Part shown: one piece after another, positions 23,599 to 26,734 of the stretch
How positions within the stretch are numbered: position 1 is the first letter of the stretch
Layout: every line of letters begins with the position of its first letter
IMG/VR virus record: IMGVR_UViG_3300022178_001959
Coordinates: 1 to 26,734 of that record
Origin: a virus
Taxonomy: Duplodnaviria; Caudoviricetes
Strand: one strand, 5' to 3'
DNA length: 26,734 bases
Position numbers and translations under genes: made by a program
Notes under the pieces: model-generated
Databases searched by the model: none
Told to the model about the DNA's origin: nothing
The model's input: the letters and a program-made list of their open reading frames with translations, nothing else

Positions 23599-26261
23599 TA
23601 TGTGTTCCTCCCGCGATTCTCAAGGTTTCTCATTACTGCGTACATGTTTTGAATACCTTTTTCATTGTTTCCGTTGCCGAGGCCTTTTACCGCGTCGGTG
23701 GTCATAATAAATTCACCGGGCATCAGCATCGCTCTAACGCTGTCCTTGCCAGGCGTTCCCTCGGTAGGGGCAATACCTCCCTCTCGACGTGGGAAGATAG
23801 GTCCGCCGTCCGCGAGTCCAACAGGCGCCGTGTAAAAAGGGTTGTCAGAGTAGAGAGTGAAGTCATTGGGCTGTACGGTCGGAGCCGTTACGGTCGGAAC
23901 CGTGAAATCAATGGCGGTGTAAGGGTCGATTATTTGGCTGTAGTCCGCATAAGAGTCCAACCCAAACGTGTCGTCCACGGCAAGCGGGTCTGGGACCGTG
24001 TTGGCGTTTGCGGCCATCGGGGCTTGATACGGCGCGGCGCTGGAATCGGCCAAAGTCTGAGCATCTTGCCGAGGGTTATATACGCCCGTACCAATAGGTG
24101 CAGGGGCCTGCCTAGGCACGTTAACCGGGTTGTTAGCCGCATAATTAACCGCGAAGTTTTCCTGAGCGATTCGAGCGGCCTCGGCTTCCTCCGCCGCAAT
24201 TCGATCAGCCTCAACTTGCGCAGCGGCAATTCGATCAGCCTCAACTTGCGCAGCGGCAATTCGATCAGCCTTGTCTTGGGCAACCTTGGCCGCTTGGTCT
24301 TCGGCAGCTTGATCAGCGGCCGCTTGCGCAGCCAGCCGTTCCGAAGCCAGAAGGTCCGCAGCCGCTTGATCCGCAGCCAGTTGGTCGATAGCCGCTTGAT
24401 CCGCAGCCGCTTGGTCGATAGCCGCTTGGTCGATAGCCGCTTGGTCGATAGCCGCTTGGTCCTTAGCGGCCTTGTCTTTGGCGGCTTGGTCGTCTTTAGC
24501 CGCTTGGTCGTCAATGATTTGCTGCTGCTCAAGGCGCTCCTTCTCGGCCTTTTGGTCCGCAATCGCGTCCGCAGCCGCTTTGTCCTCAAGCGCCTTGTCC
24601 ACCGCCGCTTGGATCTCGGCGGCGCGTCTGTCATTCTCTTGTTGTTCGGCAAGTTTTTCCGACGCAAGCTTGTCGGCCTTTTCTTGTTCTTTCTTTGCGA
24701 TAGCATCTTGAATCGCTTTAGCGTAGGCAGCTTCTCTGTTAGGGTTTTTATTTTTCTTTTTCTTTTTCGGCGCGGCAGGCTTTGTGGTGTCTACTGCGGG
24801 TCGATATCCTGCGGAGCCGGAGACATCTACCTGAGTTTCACCGCCATCGGCAAAATATTGAACCTTACCGCCGCCGGCAAAATATTGAACAGGGCCGCCG
24901 CCAGCCATCTGAGCTATTTGTGGTAGCGCAAAAGGTCCGGTAGGCGTGCTAGACATTACGTAATCCGAGTACCGGTTGTAGGGCACAGGTGTTTGTGGGA
25001 TGGGCTCCCCGGTAATAGGGTCTACGACTAGCGTTTCGGCAGTGTCTGTTGCCGTAGGTACTACGGGTGCAGTCAAATCCGTTGCAATGGTGTCCGTTGC
25101 GACAGTATCTGCCGAACCGGGATAGTTTGTTGGAACGGTGCTATTACTGTAGTCGAAAGTCGTGTAATCAGGCAGTTCAATAGTGTACTTCTCCGGGTTG
25201 GCGTCAATCAGGTCTTGTCCGGTGATGGCGTTCCCTTCGGAATCTTTCTCGATAATGCCCTCAGGCTCTTCTTCGTCAAATGCGCCTAATGATGCCGCGC
25301 CTCCGACTACCGCAGTGGCGGCCAAGACCAACGGGGCAGTCTTTCGGATCATGCCTGGAGACTCTTGCTTAGCGATAGTTTTCGCCCGGTCCCATTGGGT
25401 GGGAGTAGCGTCCATGGGGTCAATAGGGTTAGTGCCCCTTTGTAAAACTTGATCCGGTGTCACATCCTTCGGAAAAAACGTTTCGCCGATCTTAGCATCC
25501 GCTTTGCCGCCTAGCCGCTCTAGTGTTCCCGCCGTCTCCTCTTTCGGAACGAAACTTCTAAAGAGCTTCGTGTCGCCGTTAAAGGCGCCTTTGGCTGTTT
25601 GCGATACTCGGCTAACAGGGTCTTTAAGTGCCTTGCCTACGCCCTCTAATCCGCCTCCGCTCACGCCCACCATGACAGCGCCCGTGGCACCCGACACAAG
25701 TGCGCTATTAAGGGCTTCTTTAACAGTACCACCTGTCAGTAGCGTTGCAATGCCACTTCCCATTGCTGCGCCGTAGATAGGGCCCAACGGCGTTGCGGCC
25801 AAGGCCAGAGGCAGCGCAATCTTGACCACGGTGCCTAGTACGCCTTTGACATTGTTCCAAGCTTTTTTCCAGCCAGGGCCGAAGCTAAAGAACTCCATCT
25901 GGCCCGTTTCAGGGTTAATGTAGTTGCCTTTAGCGCCCACGACATACCGCTCAGGGTCTTGCATACCTTGGTCGCGGAAGGACTGAAAAATCTGTTCTTT
26001 TAATTTAGGGTTGTTTTCTATCAGCGCCAGCGGGATGATGATCTCACCCGTCTGAACGTGTGCAATGCTGTCATCTCCGAAGCGTCCGTATCCGGCCATT
26101 CTCTGGGCAACGGCCGAGAACTGACCTAAGCCTTGTGTGCCAAACTCTTGCTCCGCTTCGGCTTCTTCTATAGCCTTAACGTCATCCTCTGACATGGCAA
26201 AAGCGCCAATTCCACCGGAAGGCACTTCAAGTTCTTCATTCTTTTTCGCTGATTGAGTCAT
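23598..26261 (-). CDS. putative internal virion / ejection protein (887 aa) with alanine-rich repeat region
   Basis: N-terminal GRFGDDSIAHVQTGE...INPETGQMEF block, amphipathic and hydrophobic helices, VQYFxxGG repeats, AAxDQ repeats, C-terminal GKDSVRAMLMPGEFIM motif. TAATG overlaps at both ends. Confidence 0.75.
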   Translation of the reverse strand: MTQSAKKNEELEVPSGGIGAFAMSEDDVKAIEEAEAEQEFGTQGLGQFSAVAQRMAGYGRFGDDSIAHVQTGEIIIPLALIENNPKLKEQIFQSFRDQGMQDPERYVVGAKGNYINPETGQMEFFSFGPGWKKAWNNVKGVLGTVVKIALPLALAATPLGPIYGAAMGSGIATLLTGGTVKEALNSALVSGATGAVMVGVSGGGLEGVGKALKDPVSRVSQTAKGAFNGDTKLFRSFVPKEETAGTLERLGGKADAKIGETFFPKDVTPDQVLQRGTNPIDPMDATPTQWDRAKTIAKQESPGMIRKTAPLVLAATAVVGGAASLGAFDEEEPEGIIEKDSEGNAITGQDLIDANPEKYTIELPDYTTFDYSNSTVPTNYPGSADTVATDTIATDLTAPVVPTATDTAETLVVDPITGEPIPQTPVPYNRYSDYVMSSTPTGPFALPQIAQMAGGGPVQYFAGGGKVQYFADGGETQVDVSGSAGYRPAVDTTKPAAPKKKKKNKNPNREAAYAKAIQDAIAKKEQEKADKLASEKLAEQQENDRRAAEIQAAVDKALEDKAAADAIADQKAEKERLEQQQIIDDQAAKDDQAAKDKAAKDQAAIDQAAIDQAAIDQAAADQAAIDQLAADQAAADLLASERLAAQAAADQAAEDQAAKVAQDKADRIAAAQVEADRIAAAQVEADRIAAEEAEAARIAQENFAVNYAANNPVNVPRQAPAPIGTGVYNPRQDAQTLADSSAAPYQAPMAANANTVPDPLAVDDTFGLDSYADYSQIIDPYTAIDFTVPTVTAPTVQPNDFTLYSDNPFYTAPVGLADGGPIFPRREGGIAPTEGTPGKDSVRAMLMPGEFIMTTDAVKGLGNGNNEKGIQNMYAVMRNLENRGRNT
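24196..24270. repeat. perfect 30-bp tandem repeat (2.5 copies; ADRIAAAQVE)
   Basis: GCAATTCGATCAGCCTCAACTTGCGCAGCG repeated. Confidence 0.95.
24289..24512. repeat. degenerate 15-bp tandem repeats (DQAAx pentapeptide)
   Basis: GCCGCTTGGTCGATA and variants, with three exact consecutive units at 24406-24450. Confidence 0.9.
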
Positions 26262-26494
26262 TATCCTGCTCCTCCCGATAGACTTTCTGGCATGGTTACC
26301 TGTATGATTGTACTTCTATTCTCCTCTCCAGTCCATTTTGCTCCGCATTCCGGGCAGTTTCCCGCAGGAAAAGTGGCTATCTCAGCCGGAGTATCTACTA
26401 CGTTTCCGCACCCAACACACTGAACTTCATCAGAACTGGTCGAAGGCTTCCATTTACTGCCGTTAGGCATCGTAATTATGGTTGGTGTATTCAT
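26261..26494 (-). CDS. small zinc-ribbon protein (77 aa)
   Basis: CVGC-x17-CPEC; overlaps both neighbours (ATGA, TAATG). Confidence 0.75.
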   Translation of the reverse strand: MNTPTIITMPNGSKWKPSTSSDEVQCVGCGNVVDTPAEIATFPAGNCPECGAKWTGEENRSTIIQVTMPESLSGGAG

Positions 26495-26734
26495 GATATT
26501 GTTACCGTGACTTGACCCACGACTCCGGTTGCTTGTGAACCCCTCAGGTACGGCTTATTTGCGACTGTAATGCGCAATTCGTCTCCATATTGGAAGACAC
26601 CGCCTATGGGTAGGTTGAAGTTATCTGTTTGCAGGTTAGGCAGCGTCAAAGCAGACGCTTGCCACGGTCCCGGATTGTTTACTTGCCGCAAGAACACCGC
26701 GAAAGAGCGCACCACTTCTGACATGTACGCTTCG
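26491..26734 (-). CDS. C-terminal part of a probable virion/tail-associated protein, truncated at window edge
   Basis: Frame stays open to the window end; ends ...GSQATGVVGQVTVTIS with an ATGA overlap to the next gene. Confidence 0.5.
   Translation of the reverse strand, partial: EAYMSEVVRSFAVFLRQVNNPGPWQASALTLPNLQTDNFNLPIGGVFQYGDELRITVANKPYLRGSQATGVVGQVTVTIS

Noticed and set aside
24196-24512. Regularly spaced repeats as a possible CRISPR array
   Set aside because: Units are contiguous multiples of 3 with no unique spacers, encode peptide repeats, and no cas genes are present.
23649-24926. 425-aa plus-strand ORF and 258-aa alternative-frame minus ORF (23930-24706)
   Set aside because: Both lie within the repeat region of the 887-aa gene. 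Low-complexity repeats and codon bias remove stops in other frames, and the products are Arg/Ser/Leu-rich with no plausible domain or RBS.
1-26734. Prophage boundary, att site or host DNA
   Set aside because: No integrase, host housekeeping gene or evident junction in the window; temperate lifestyle remains an inference only.

Overview
This is a 26.7 kb fragment of a tailed dsDNA bacteriophage with podovirus-like gene content; no host genes, integrase, tRNA or CRISPR array were seen. Left part (1-10.6 kb, minus strand): small accessory and regulatory genes (AlpA-like HTH, RHH repressor, DUF3310-like, small HTH) interleaved with a replication module of family A DNA polymerase (Leu at the 762-equivalent position), UvrD-like SF1 helicase, AEP primase with PriCT, SSB-like protein and a coiled-coil protein. 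A divergent SNF2-like helicase lies on the plus strand (10.7-12.1 kb). It converges on an HTH-metallophosphoesterase gene that looks like an inserted moron with its own promoter and a structured leader. Right part (13.5-26.7 kb, minus strand): a largely translationally coupled cluster of long low-complexity internal virion/ejection-type proteins, ending in a small membrane protein, a basic conserved protein and an intrinsic terminator. Most notable signals: (i) a VQY[FM]xxGG peptide motif repeated across three different virion proteins; (ii) a conserved TTGACA-N18-TAYMCT promoter family with a shared spacer core; (iii) two candidate structured RNAs, one carrying a seed complementary to a GAGGAAC ribosome-binding site shared by four genes; (iv) SSB-like PF C-terminal tails on three proteins. 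All calls were made by eye from motifs; no database searches were run.
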